A stretch of DNA of 64,000 nucleotides from an uncultured SAR86 cluster bacterium (lineage in GTDB: Bacteria > Pseudomonadota > Gammaproteobacteria > Magnimaribacterales > D2472), in assembly GCA_902593675.1 (NCBI GenBank), contig CACJJI010000005.1, positions 21,081 through 85,080 of the forward strand. The letters run 5' to 3'. Of the stretch, positions 20,737 to 30,461 are shown in pieces (within the stretch, counting starts at the first letter, position 1; each line of letters opens with the position of its first letter). The notes under the pieces are model-generated. The model was given only the letters and a program-made list of their open reading frames with translations. It had not been told where the DNA came from and searched no databases. Position numbers and translations under genes: made by a program.

Positions 20737-22128
20737 TTAGTCTTTAAATTCAGCTACGATTTGGCCAATTGATTCCTTTGCATCACCAAATAACATTCTA
20801 GTATTTTCTCTAAAAAATAATGGATTTTGAACCCCGGCGAAGCCGGAAGACATTGATCTTTTAAGTACAAAAACTGTCTTAGCATTGTGAACTTCTATGA
20901 TTGGCATTCCATATATTGGGCTGCCTTCCTCCTCAGTCGCAGAAGGATTAACAACATCATTAGCGCCGATAACTATCGCAACATCTATTGTATCCATGGA
21001 AGGGTTAACATCATCAGGTTCAGCAAGTAAATCATAGGAAACATTTGCTTCTGCTAACAGAACATTCATATGACCAGGCATTCGCCCTGCAACAGGATGG
21101 ATTCCGTATTTTACTTCTGTACCATTCTCCTCTAAGAGCTCTCCCATTTCTCTAACAACATGCTGAGCTTGAGCAACTGCCATGCCATACCCTGGAACCA
21201 CCAAAACACTGGATGCATTTTCTAAGATTAAGTATGCATCATCAGAGGTAATGGGTTTAACTTCACCCTGCTCTTCAGAGGAGCCTGTTTGACTGGATGA
21301 TGCGTATCCAACAAAAAGAATATTCGTGATGGTTCTATTCATAGCCTTGGCCATTATGATAGTTAAGATTAATCCACTAGCTCCAACAAGCGACCCAGCA
21401 ACGATTAACACGTTATTAAGCAATAATAAGCCTGCAAAAGCTGCAGCAATTCCTGATAATGAGTTAAGAAGGGAAATAACGACAGGCATATCTCCACCAC
21501 CAATAGGCATCACAAATCCGATACCAGCAATTAATGTTATGCCTAAAAAGATTAGGAAGTATGATGGAACTTGCGGCATAAACTGGGAAATGGTTGGCTC
21601 AGCAATCACATAGATTAATGCTGGCATACTTAAGTAAAAGAAAGATATAAAAATGTTTGTAATCATTGAGCCTTTACCCAACTTTAACTTTTCAGATAGC
21701 TTTCCATATGCTATCAAAGAGCCTGTAAAAGTTATGCCTCCAATATAAATTGTTAACATAATTAGCACATGCTGGAATGCAGAGTTACTTGGTTCATTGA
21801 ACGATGACCATGCAATTAAAAATGTAGCCAAACCACCAAAGCCATTAAATAAAGCCACCATTTCTGGGATGGCAGTCATCTTGACCTTCAGAGCGATAAT
21901 AGAACCTATGAGACCGCCAAGCAAAATACCAGCAAGGATAATCTTAAGGTCAATTTCTAAACTTAAACAAGTGACTCCAACCGCAGAGAACATGGCAAGG
22001 GCGGATAGATAGTTTCCCTTAACTGCTGTGGCTTCTTTTCCAAGCATCTTTATACCCAGAATAAACATTACAGAGGAGACAATGTAAACAATGTTTTGGA
22101 TGACTTGGATGTTGGCTATATTTTCCAT
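20737..22128 (-). CDS. pntB: NAD(P) transhydrogenase beta subunit
   Basis: IGGGDMPVVISLLNS, PGYGMAVAQAQ, HPVAGRMPGHMNVLLAEA. Confidence 0.97.
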   Translation of the reverse strand: MENIANIQVIQNIVYIVSSVMFILGIKMLGKEATAVKGNYLSALAMFSAVGVTCLSLEIDLKIILAGILLGGLIGSIIALKVKMTAIPEMVALFNGFGGLATFLIAWSSFNEPSNSAFQHVLIMLTIYIGGITFTGSLIAYGKLSEKLKLGKGSMITNIFISFFYLSMPALIYVIAEPTISQFMPQVPSYFLIFLGITLIAGIGFVMPIGGGDMPVVISLLNSLSGIAAAFAGLLLLNNVLIVAGSLVGASGLILTIIMAKAMNRTITNILFVGYASSSQTGSSEEQGEVKPITSDDAYLILENASSVLVVPGYGMAVAQAQHVVREMGELLEENGTEVKYGIHPVAGRMPGHMNVLLAEANVSYDLLAEPDDVNPSMDTIDVAIVIGANDVVNPSATEEEGSPIYGMPIIEVHNAKTVFVLKRSMSSGFAGVQNPLFFRENTRMLFGDAKESIGQIVAEFKD

Positions 22129-22131
22129 TTT

Positions 22132-22404
22132 TTATTTCTTCTTGAACATACTTAACATTCTGTTTGTAACTAAGTAGCCGCCAAAGACATTAATAGAGGC
22201 AAATAAAATAGCACCGAAAGCTAAAATATCTTGCATCTGGCCAGAACTTGACAGCATTAAAGCACCGACTAACGCAATTCCAGAAATAGCATTGGCACCT
22301 GACATTAAGGGAGTATGAAGAGTACTTGGAACTTTTGAAATCAGCTCCAAACCTAAAAAAATAGACAATAGTAGAACAAACCCTAGCAAAATATACATTT
22401 CCAT
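22132..22404 (-). CDS. pntAB: NAD(P) transhydrogenase alpha subunit, membrane part 2
   Basis: VPSTLHTPLMSGANAISG, NVFGGYLVTNRML. Confidence 0.93.
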   Translation of the reverse strand: MEMYILLGFVLLLSIFLGLELISKVPSTLHTPLMSGANAISGIALVGALMLSSSGQMQDILAFGAILFASINVFGGYLVTNRMLSMFKKK

Positions 22405-23525
22405 TATGCAAACCTCTCATTCATTATTTTTCCTTCGTATGCAAGGACGCTGCTTTGGATAACCTCATCTTCAAAATCAAAATTAAGGATATGAGATTCT
22501 TCGTCATAAAAATCAGTGATCCAATTAATAATGTTATTTGAGAGAGCAAAAGAAGCATGTGAAGAAACTTTTGAAGCCAAGTATGAGATACCTACAACTT
22601 TAACACCGTTAATATCTACAACTTCATCAGTAACAGAACCTTCAACATTTCCGCCTGTTTCTACAGCCATATCAAGGATAACACTTCCTGGTTTCATTTT
22701 TTTAATTGTGGCCTTATCAATAATTTTAGGAGCTGGTCTTCCAAAGATTTGAGCTGTTGTAATCACAATATCTGATCGTTCGCAGACAAGGCTTTGTAGT
22801 TCTTTTTGCTTAGATATTTGCTCAGGGGTTAATTCTTTAGCGTACCCTTGTTCAGTTTGGCCGGTATCACCTAAATCAATTTTTACAAACTTTGCACCAA
22901 GAGATTTAACTTGTTCCTCCACAACATCACGAGTATCAAATGCTTCAACTCTGGCACCCAACCTTTTGGCTGTTGCAATGGCTTGCAAACCTGCAACACC
23001 AACCCCAATAACAAATACTTTAGCTGGTTTAAGTGTTCCTGCTGCAGTCATCATCATTGGAAGAGCTGAGGATAAATGTTGAGCAGCCTCCAAAACAGCT
23101 GCATAACCTGCAAGATTTGCTTGTGAGCTTAATACGTCCATTTTTTGAGCCCTAGTTATTCTTGGTATGAATTCCATGCTCACTGCATTAATCTTTGATT
23201 GATTTAATGCTTTAAGTTCATCAACCGAATTAAATGGATCCAACATGCCCAAAACAGTTGACCCAGCTTGCACCCTACTTGATTCATCAGTGGTAAGAGA
23301 GGAAGGAGTAATTATAAGATTGCCCTTTGCAAGACACTCTTCCCTGGATATTGCGTTTAACCCTAGATTAATAAAAACTTGATCAGGGATATTAATTCCA
23401 TTTCCAATGCCTGATTCAAATGAAAATGTTATTCCCTGAAGATTCATGATCTTACCAGCTGTATCTGGGTGGATTACAGAGCGGAGATCTCTTGAGTCAG
23501 GGGATTTTAAGGCAACTATATGCAT
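22404..23525 (-). CDS. pntAA: NAD(P) transhydrogenase alpha subunit, part 1 (dI)
   Basis: PRITRAQKMDVLSSQ, GVGVAGLQAIATA, GGNVEGS. Confidence 0.93.
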   Translation of the reverse strand: MHIVALKSPDSRDLRSVIHPDTAGKIMNLQGITFSFESGIGNGINIPDQVFINLGLNAISREECLAKGNLIITPSSLTTDESSRVQAGSTVLGMLDPFNSVDELKALNQSKINAVSMEFIPRITRAQKMDVLSSQANLAGYAAVLEAAQHLSSALPMMMTAAGTLKPAKVFVIGVGVAGLQAIATAKRLGARVEAFDTRDVVEEQVKSLGAKFVKIDLGDTGQTEQGYAKELTPEQISKQKELQSLVCERSDIVITTAQIFGRPAPKIIDKATIKKMKPGSVILDMAVETGGNVEGSVTDEVVDINGVKVVGISYLASKVSSHASFALSNNIINWITDFYDEESHILNFDFEDEVIQSSVLAYEGKIMNERFA

Positions 23526-23628
23526 TTAACTTAATGTTTAAAATTTGTAGTACATTGCAATTTATTTAAAAGACATTGTCAATGTTTTATAAAAATGCTT
23601 TGTAAATAAGCTTTAGTAATAAAAAATA

Positions 23629-23645
23629 TTGTAGTTGAGCTACAA
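23629..23645. promoter_or_regulatory. Palindrome TTGTAG-N5-CTACAA upstream of pnt (HexR-like operator or weak terminator)
   Basis: Perfect 6-bp arms, located between the SDR stop and pntAA. Confidence 0.4.
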
Positions 23646-23660
23646 AATTTTTAAAAATTT

Positions 23661-24425
23661 CTATAAATTTAGGCTAGCACCACCATCAACTGTTACTAAT
23701 TGTCCTGTCACAAGTTCACTTTTTTCAATTAAATTAACTATTACCTCGGCAACAGATTCAGGAGTACAAGTTTGCTTTAAGGGTGTTGTTGTTTGCACTC
23801 GTAATTTAGCTGCTTCATACATCTCGGGTCCCATTCCTTTTTTCAACCATTCCCCCTCGATAAAACCAGGGCAAACAGCATTTACTCTTATTGGGCCCAA
23901 ATTCCTTGCCATAGATAAAGTCATTGTGTTTAAAGCTCCTTTTGAAGAGGCATAAGCGAGAGAGCTTCCTATGCCCTTTAAGCCGGCTATTGAAGATACG
24001 TTAACAACACAAGAATTTGTAGCCCTTAAAAGATGCTCTTTTGCAGCTTTTACCATTTGAAATGGTCCTACTACATTAACGCCATATATGTATTGAAAAT
24101 CATTAGCGTCAAGACTGTTTAAGTCTGAATGATCCCAAGCAAACTTTGTTGTGCCAGCATTATTAACCAGAGCATCAATTCTACCCCACTTTTCAACAGC
24201 CATATTAATCGTAGCTTCACAGTCAGTATCTTTTGCAACATCTGCTTGCAACGCGAAAACCTCTGCTGTTTTACTTGAGCATTTTTTTGCCACTATCTCG
24301 GCTTCTGCTAAAGAAGAAGAGCATGTAATTAACACATTCCATCCATTATCTGAAAGCATTTTTGCTGTAGCAGCACCGACTCCTCTACTTCCACCTGTAA
24401 CAATAGCAACTCGTTTTTCTGACAT
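23661..24425 (-). CDS. Classical short-chain dehydrogenase/reductase
   Basis: TGGSRGVG, NNAG, YASSK, VNAVCPG. Confidence 0.9.
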   Translation of the reverse strand: MSEKRVAIVTGGSRGVGAATAKMLSDNGWNVLITCSSSLAEAEIVAKKCSSKTAEVFALQADVAKDTDCEATINMAVEKWGRIDALVNNAGTTKFAWDHSDLNSLDANDFQYIYGVNVVGPFQMVKAAKEHLLRATNSCVVNVSSIAGLKGIGSSLAYASSKGALNTMTLSMARNLGPIRVNAVCPGFIEGEWLKKGMGPEMYEAAKLRVQTTTPLKQTCTPESVAEVIVNLIEKSELVTGQLVTVDGGASLNL

Positions 24426-24511
24426 AGTGTTAGCTTCCTTTTAGAAAAAATAATAAACTTCCCTATTCTTACACGTGATAATGTAATCATCCACTTTTTG
24501 AAAAGGTATTT

Positions 24512-25213
24512 ATGACTCAAAATATTGACCAACATGAAGTAAATAAATTTGCTGAGATAGCTGAAAATTGGTGGGATCCAACTGGAGATTTCAAACCTTT
24601 GCATGTTATTAATCCGCTAAGAGCAAACTATATCAATCAAAAAATATGTGTCGAGGGTTTAAAGGTTTTGGATGTTGGTTGTGGTGGAGGACTTTTAGCG
24701 GAAGCGCTTAATACTAAAGGTGCTATTGTTACTGCTATTGATGTAACTGAAGCGAATATTGGAGTTGCTAAACTTCATGCAAAAAAAATGCAGCTTGAAA
24801 TTGATTACAGACATATAACCGCTGAAGATTTAGCGGAACAGGAAAGCGAGTCCTTTGATGTAGTTTCCTGCCTAGAGGTAATTGAACATGTTCCTGATCC
24901 TGGTCAGCTAATTAAAGCATGCGCTGATCTTTTGAAACCTAATGGTCAGATGTTTCTTTCAACTCTAAACAGGAACCCTAGATCCTTTGTTACAGCAATT
25001 GTTGGCGCAGAGTATATTTTTAATATATTGCCAAAAGGAACCCATGAGTGGAATAAATTTATTAAGCCATCTGAATTAGAAAAACATATGCGAAATGCTG
25101 GCATTAAGTTAATTGAGAGCAAAGGGATGTTTTACAATCCTATTTTTCATACAGCTAACTTAAATAATGACCTTGGGGTTAACTATATGATGCATGGATC
25201 TAAAAATGCCTAA
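24512..25213 (+). CDS. ubiG: Ubiquinone biosynthesis O-methyltransferase
   Basis: WWDPTGDFKPLH, LDVGCGGG, EVIEHV, PKGTH. Confidence 0.96.
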   Translation: MTQNIDQHEVNKFAEIAENWWDPTGDFKPLHVINPLRANYINQKICVEGLKVLDVGCGGGLLAEALNTKGAIVTAIDVTEANIGVAKLHAKKMQLEIDYRHITAEDLAEQESESFDVVSCLEVIEHVPDPGQLIKACADLLKPNGQMFLSTLNRNPRSFVTAIVGAEYIFNILPKGTHEWNKFIKPSELEKHMRNAGIKLIESKGMFYNPIFHTANLNNDLGVNYMMHGSKNA

Positions 25214-25856
25214 AGGGGTTTTATTTGATCTTGATGGCACTCTTTTAGACTCAGCTCCTGATTTTATTGTAAGCATGGATAATTTGCTAACAAAACATAA
25301 TCAACCAAAACTTGATCCAGAAACCATCAGAAGTCATGTGTCTGATGGTAGCTGGAAGCTTACCAGTTTAGGCTTCAATATTGATATTTCAGATAATAAA
25401 TGTGTTGCTTTAAGAGCAGAGCTATTAGAGGAGTACGAATCAAACCTACTAAAACATGGTGGGGCCTTTGAGGGCATCAAAGAAATGCTGGCATCATTAG
25501 AGGATGATGGTATTCCTTATGGAATAGTGACTAACAAGCCGTTGCGTTTTGCTGAGCCAATTCTAATCAACGAACCTGCATTTAAAAATTGCAAAACTCT
25601 CATATGCCCTGATCATTTGGATGCTATTAAACCAGATCCTGAAGGCATTTTAAGAGGCTGTAAGGATTTAGGAATTCATCCAACTGAATGCGTTTATGTT
25701 GGTGATCATGCAAAGGATATCGAGGCAGGCATAAATGCAGGAACAGAAGTTATTGCTTGCTATTTTGGATACTCGCTTAAAATTGGTGATTGTAGCGAGC
25801 ATATTCTAGGAGCAAATCATCCAAATGAACTATATGAATTAATCTCAAAATTATAG
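25206..25856 (+). CDS. HAD phosphatase (Gph/MupP-like)
   Basis: FDLDGTLLDS, TNKP, KPDP, VGD..D. The ubiG-HAD-yciK order matches the Pseudomonas mupP locus. Start placed at ATG 25206. Confidence 0.8.
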   Translation: MPKGVLFDLDGTLLDSAPDFIVSMDNLLTKHNQPKLDPETIRSHVSDGSWKLTSLGFNIDISDNKCVALRAELLEEYESNLLKHGGAFEGIKEMLASLEDDGIPYGIVTNKPLRFAEPILINEPAFKNCKTLICPDHLDAIKPDPEGILRGCKDLGIHPTECVYVGDHAKDIEAGINAGTEVIACYFGYSLKIGDCSEHILGANHPNELYELISKL

Positions 25857-25858
25857 AA

Positions 25859-26605
25859 ATGAAGATCTCTAACAAAACAATATTGATTACTGGCGCAACA
25901 GATGGAATTGGTAAAGTTTTAGCAATAGAGTTTTCTAAGTTGGGCTCTAATATTATTCTTTTGGGCAGAGATGAATCCAAGTTGGATAAAGTTTATGATC
26001 AGCTTGATCAATCTCATAAATCTCAAAAACATTTGATTTTAGAGGCTGATCTTGCCTTGTTAAATAATGAGTCAGCTCATGAAATTTTAAAGGCAATCAC
26101 CACTGAATATAATTCATTGGACGGCATTATTAATAATGCAGCTATATTAGGCACAATGACAACTTTAGAGGATTATGAATTGTCTCAGTGGGATGAAGTT
26201 TTAAAAATTAATTTAAGGGCTCCATTTATACTTTCTAAAACTTTAAAACCAGTTCTTGAGAATGCGTCAATCCCAAGGATTATTTTTACATCATCTGGCG
26301 TGGCTAATATTGGTAGAGCTTTTTGGGGAGCTTACTCAGTCTCGAAATTTGGCTTAAAAGGGCTTGCAGAAATATTTGCAAACGAACTCGAATCAACCTC
26401 TTCGATAAGAGTATTTAATTTCGATCCTGGAGCCACTCAAACTAAAATGAGAGCTTCTGCAAGACCTGCTGAAGACCCAAGCTCACTGAAAACACCAAAT
26501 GAGCTAGTAGATTGTTACCTATGGTTTTTTAGCGAAGAAAGCTCTGATTCAAAAAAACACTATTTTAAATATGATGAACTTTCTAAGAAAGTGACCTCCA
26601 CATAA
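25859..26605 (+). CDS. yciK: YciK-family SDR oxidoreductase
   Basis: TGATDGIG, FTSSGV, WGAYSVSK, PGATQTKMRA..PAEDP. Confidence 0.8.
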   Translation: MKISNKTILITGATDGIGKVLAIEFSKLGSNIILLGRDESKLDKVYDQLDQSHKSQKHLILEADLALLNNESAHEILKAITTEYNSLDGIINNAAILGTMTTLEDYELSQWDEVLKINLRAPFILSKTLKPVLENASIPRIIFTSSGVANIGRAFWGAYSVSKFGLKGLAEIFANELESTSSIRVFNFDPGATQTKMRASARPAEDPSSLKTPNELVDCYLWFFSEESSDSKKHYFKYDELSKKVTST

Positions 26606-27167
26606 GAAGGCTTAAATAAGTTCTCCAAGGCTTAAATGATTCATAAAACTCACAACTCAATTCATGCTTACTAAAAAAATACTCATGAGCATGCTTTATG
26701 CCAAGATCGTTAATAGGCATGACATCTGCATCTCCCAGATAAAACATTCTAGCCATTTGAACTGACCACGGGCCAATTCCTTTATTAGTAATTAGCAAGT
26801 TTTCAAATTCAGCGTTTGTTAGACCGCATAAATCACTTCGTTTGAAAGAAGACAATTCTGAATTCTTGATTAATCCACTTACATAATTTGCTTTTGATTT
26901 CGATAGACCCGCTTCGTGCAATGCTGTTTCTATACTTTGAGAGTGCTTGTTACTTTGAATAATTGGTTGCACTCTTGACCAAATAGTTTTAGCTGCCTTG
27001 GTAGAAAGTTGTTGACTAACCACAACTGATGCAAGGTATTCAACGAGAGGAAGTGGGGAAAGATTGATTTTAATTGGCTCAGAATTTTGAAGATACTCAC
27101 TAAGTAAATTAAAGTTTTTTTTCCTAGAAATGCTTAATAAAGCTTCATAAGCTTTATCACTTTCCAT
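26583..27167 (-). CDS. DNA-3-methyladenine glycosylase II-like (HhH-GPD family)
   Basis: VVSQQLSTKAA, GLSKSKA, KGIGPWS, PINDLG, PWRTY. Confidence 0.85.
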   Translation of the reverse strand: MESDKAYEALLSISRKKNFNLLSEYLQNSEPIKINLSPLPLVEYLASVVVSQQLSTKAAKTIWSRVQPIIQSNKHSQSIETALHEAGLSKSKANYVSGLIKNSELSSFKRSDLCGLTNAEFENLLITNKGIGPWSVQMARMFYLGDADVMPINDLGIKHAHEYFFSKHELSCEFYESFKPWRTYLSLLMWRSLS

Positions 27168-27879
27168 AATTTTGCAATTCTAAAATCTGAGATTCGGTTA
27201 AATTCATGCATGAGCCTTCCCTCAGGGTTGATGGCAAGAAAATTGGTCCAATCCTCACTCTTTTTAATCTACTTACTTCTAGATCTTGAGATTCAAAAAT
27301 TTTTCTGACTTCACGGTTTTTACCAGTGAGCATGCAAACTGAAAACCATTGATTAGTGCTTTGCTTTTCTCCTGGAACAACATCTGAAAATTTATAAACC
27401 TCATTTTCAATCTTAATACCTGACAACATATTTTTTTTCTTTATCTCGTTGAAATTTCCCCTTGCTCTTACGAGATACTCTCTGTCAATTTCAAATGAAG
27501 GGTGCATAAGTTGATGCGCCATGGTTCCATCATTAGTAAATAGCATCAAGCCTGAAGTGTTTATATCAAGCCTACCGACTGCGATCCAATCCGGCTCATT
27601 TTCAACTTTTGGCAAAAAATCAAATACAAGCTTAATCTTTTTGTCATCTTTCTTTGAGGACATTACTCCACGGGGTTTATTAAGCATGATAACTTTTAAA
27701 TCAGCAGTTTTTAAAACTACTTTTTGGCCATCAAAAATTACTTCATCAGCATCAGAGACTTTCGTGCCCAAAGTAGCAATTTGACCATTAACAGAAATTT
27801 TTTTTTCCTTGATTAATTGTTCGCACGAACGCCTTGAACCCAAGCCAGCTTGGGCTAAGAACTTCTGCAATCGCAGCAT
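27157..27879 (-). CDS. rluB: 23S rRNA pseudouridine synthase B
   Basis: RLQKFLA..GSRR S4 domain, VGRLDINTSGL, LMHPS, GKNREVR; follows scpB. Confidence 0.9.
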   Translation of the reverse strand: MLRLQKFLAQAGLGSRRSCEQLIKEKKISVNGQIATLGTKVSDADEVIFDGQKVVLKTADLKVIMLNKPRGVMSSKKDDKKIKLVFDFLPKVENEPDWIAVGRLDINTSGLMLFTNDGTMAHQLMHPSFEIDREYLVRARGNFNEIKKKNMLSGIKIENEVYKFSDVVPGEKQSTNQWFSVCMLTGKNREVRKIFESQDLEVSRLKRVRIGPIFLPSTLREGSCMNLTESQILELQNYGK

Positions 27880-27883
27880 ATAG

Positions 27884-28447
27884 TTATACCGCTTCTAGCT
27901 GATCTAGAGTTTCTTCGGCCGGTAATGCCTCTGGCAATGGAGGTAAATCATTTATTGATTTGAGGTTCAAATCATTCAAAAAATTTTTGGTTGTTTCATA
28001 CAAAGCAGGTCGACCTGGAACATCACGATACCCTGTTACTTTAATCCATTCTCTATCAAGTAATGATCGAATGATTTGAGTACTAACAGTCACTCCTCTG
28101 ATATCCTCGATATCACCCCTAGTGACAGGTTGCTTATAAGCAATTATAGAAACAGTTTCCATCAATGCTTTGGAGAGTCTGCTTGAAGTATCATTCCATA
28201 GAGGATAAAGACAATCACCATACCTTTCTCTTACCTGCATTCTAAAACCCGAAGCAACTTCTTTAATTTCAATTGAGCTATCTATATATCTTTCTTCTAA
28301 TAGGTTCAAGGCCTCTTTAATGCTAGGCAAATCTACCTCTATGTTTTGTGATCCCATTAGTGTTCTAATCTCAGATAAACGCATAGGTCTTCCCGCTCCA
28401 AAAAGAATGGACTCAACAAGATTGGGTAAATTTTCAAAATCAGTCAT
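27884..28447 (-). CDS. scpB: SMC-Scp complex subunit ScpB
   Basis: LSKALMETVSIIAYKQPVTRGDIEDIRGV, PGRPALYETT. Confidence 0.96.
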   Translation of the reverse strand: MTDFENLPNLVESILFGAGRPMRLSEIRTLMGSQNIEVDLPSIKEALNLLEERYIDSSIEIKEVASGFRMQVRERYGDCLYPLWNDTSSRLSKALMETVSIIAYKQPVTRGDIEDIRGVTVSTQIIRSLLDREWIKVTGYRDVPGRPALYETTKNFLNDLNLKSINDLPPLPEALPAEETLDQLEAV

Positions 28448-29242
28448 CTAGTGAACTCCTCGGTTAGTTGATTTAAGATAAAGTTGATTGGAATCATTAT
28501 TTTGGATCAGTTCAACATGTCCATCTTTGGCTAAATCTAAAGAAGCTAATAGTGCAACAACAACTCCCTGTTTGCCTTCTTTTTTTTGATATGTTTGAAA
28601 GAATTGGATTACATTCCTTTTGCTGAGAATTGACAAGATTAATACAATCCTTTCTTGTGTGGATAATTCTTCAAAATGAATTTCGTGATGTGCAAAAAAT
28701 TTCGGACGCGTGGAAACTTCATGAAATATTGCCGCAAGCTCTTGAGGAGATATATCTAAAGATGCTTCACGCTCTTTAAATTTCGGCAAAGCTGTTGATG
28801 CAAGAAAGAAATCTCTATCTAGTCTTGGCAAGTTAGAAATAGATTCTGACGCAGTTTTATACCTTTGGTATTCTTGTAGCCTTCTTATAAGTTCAGATCG
28901 AGGGTCTTGCTCTTCCTCCTCCTCTTCAGATTGAGGAATCAACATCCTAGATTTTATTTGAGCTAAAGTTGCAGCCATTACCAAATAATCAGCTGCAAGT
29001 TCTATCTTCAAGGCATCCATTAATTCAATATATTGAATGTACTGGTCTGTAATTTCAGAAATATCTAAATCTAAAATATCAATATCTTTCTTTTGTATGA
29101 GGTAAAGCAACACATCCATCGGCCCAGAAAAGTCTTCTAGGTAGATCTCTAATGCTTCTGGCGGAATAAATAAATCGTCAGGAAGTTGTGTTAAAGCTTC
29201 ACCTTTAAATTGTGGAAATTCTAGTTGCGCTTGAGACTTCAT
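28448..29242 (-). CDS. scpA: Segregation and condensation protein A (kleisin)
   Basis: FSGPMDVLLYLI, ADYLVMAATL..IKSRML, DPRSELIRRL. Confidence 0.95.
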   Translation of the reverse strand: MKSQAQLEFPQFKGEALTQLPDDLFIPPEALEIYLEDFSGPMDVLLYLIQKKDIDILDLDISEITDQYIQYIELMDALKIELAADYLVMAATLAQIKSRMLIPQSEEEEEEQDPRSELIRRLQEYQRYKTASESISNLPRLDRDFFLASTALPKFKEREASLDISPQELAAIFHEVSTRPKFFAHHEIHFEELSTQERIVLILSILSKRNVIQFFQTYQKKEGKQGVVVALLASLDLAKDGHVELIQNNDSNQLYLKSTNRGVH

Positions 29243-29253
29243 AAGTTCAATTT

Positions 29254-29301
29254 ATACAAGATGCTGTAATTATAAGCCCTTTTTAACACAACATCTTGTG
29301 A
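29254..29301. promoter_or_regulatory. Tandem NrdR-box-like operators flanking a TATAAT -10 element for scpA
   Basis: ATACAAGATGCTGTAA (29254-29269) and ACACAACATCTTGTGA (29286-29301), 32 bp apart, against consensus acaCwAtATaTwGtgt; minus-strand TATAAT at 29274-29269. Confidence 0.65.
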
Positions 29302-29408
29302 TTTTGCATAAAAATGTTGATTTAAAAGGTTTTCTCAATACTTGAAAAATAACTAATTAGATCAACTAAAACCTATTTTTTTCATTTAATTACATTAATA
29401 TTTGATGC

Positions 29409-30461
29409 ATGGAATCTATTTACCACACAGACAATACAAGAATTGTTGAAAAGTTCGATCTTATTACGCCTAATGAGGTAATTTCTGAGTATCCACTTAC
29501 CGATGAAATCTCAAAACTTGTTTATGGGACAAGGAATGAAGCTAGTCAAATCCTTCATGGTAAAGATGATAGAGTTATTGTCATTTGTGGGCCATGCTCC
29601 ATTCATGATCCAAAGTCTGCTCTCGAATATGCTCAATTGCTAAAAAAAGCAAAAGATTCATTAAACGCTAATTTGCTAATAATAATGAGGGTGTATTTTG
29701 AAAAACCGAGAACAACTGTGGGTTGGAAAGGTTTGATTAATGATCCAGACATCAACGAAAGCTATGACGCAAACAAAGGCTTGAAGCTGGCAAGAAAAAT
29801 TCTAAGAGATATTACTGCAATGGGGCTTCCTGTTGGGACTGAATTTTTAGATCCTATTTCACCTCAATATGTTGCAGATTTAATTTCTTGGGGAGCTATA
29901 GGAGCCAGAACAGCAGAAAGCCAATCTCATAGGGAGTTAGCCTCAGGACTTTCTTGCCCAATCGGCATTAAAAATGGGACAACCGGTGCATTAAAACCTG
30001 CAATTGATGGCATTCAAGCAGCCAATCATCCCCATGTATTCTTTTCAAATACAAAGGACGGGAGAGTATCTATCTATAAAACATCTGGAAATTCAGACTC
30101 ACATATCATTTTGCGAGGTGGAAAAGAGCCTAATTTTAGCTCCGAAGCAATCACTCAAACATTAGCTGCATTGGTTGAAGCAGATGTAAATGACTCAATT
30201 ATGGTAGATGCAAGCCATGGAAATAGTCAAAAACAATTTAAGAAACAAATTGATGTTGTGAATGACATAGCATCGCAAATATCTAAAGGCAATCAGAGCC
30301 TCAGAGGGCTGATGCTAGAAAGCCATTTAATTGAAGGCAATCAAAGCATCACAGATAACCTAACATATGGCCAAAGCATTACTGACGCATGCATGAATTG
30401 GGATGATACTCTTAACTGCCTTCAAGTAATCAGCGAAGCTGTGCAAAAGAGGCGAGGCTAA
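29409..30461 (+). CDS. aroG: DAHP synthase, class I alpha
   Basis: GPCSIHD, RVYFEKPRT, IGARTAESQ.HRELASG, DASHGNS; feedback isoform cannot be determined. Confidence 0.9.
   Translation: MESIYHTDNTRIVEKFDLITPNEVISEYPLTDEISKLVYGTRNEASQILHGKDDRVIVICGPCSIHDPKSALEYAQLLKKAKDSLNANLLIIMRVYFEKPRTTVGWKGLINDPDINESYDANKGLKLARKILRDITAMGLPVGTEFLDPISPQYVADLISWGAIGARTAESQSHRELASGLSCPIGIKNGTTGALKPAIDGIQAANHPHVFFSNTKDGRVSIYKTSGNSDSHIILRGGKEPNFSSEAITQTLAALVEADVNDSIMVDASHGNSQKQFKKQIDVVNDIASQISKGNQSLRGLMLESHLIEGNQSITDNLTYGQSITDACMNWDDTLNCLQVISEAVQKRRG

Noticed and set aside
20691-20738. AAATTCCC/GGGAATTT inverted repeat as a pntB terminator
   Set aside because: The loop is about 30 nt and contains the putative gyrA -10 element, so it is not a convincing terminator
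23552-23585. CATTG(N)CAATG dyads upstream of pnt and the TBDR (45407-45416) as a shared operator
   Set aside because: They coincide with TTGACA/TTGCAA -35-like hexamers and differ in spacing, so promoter sequence explains them
28658-28666. DnaA box (TGTGGATAA)
   Set aside because: Single copy inside the scpA coding sequence, with no cluster or origin context
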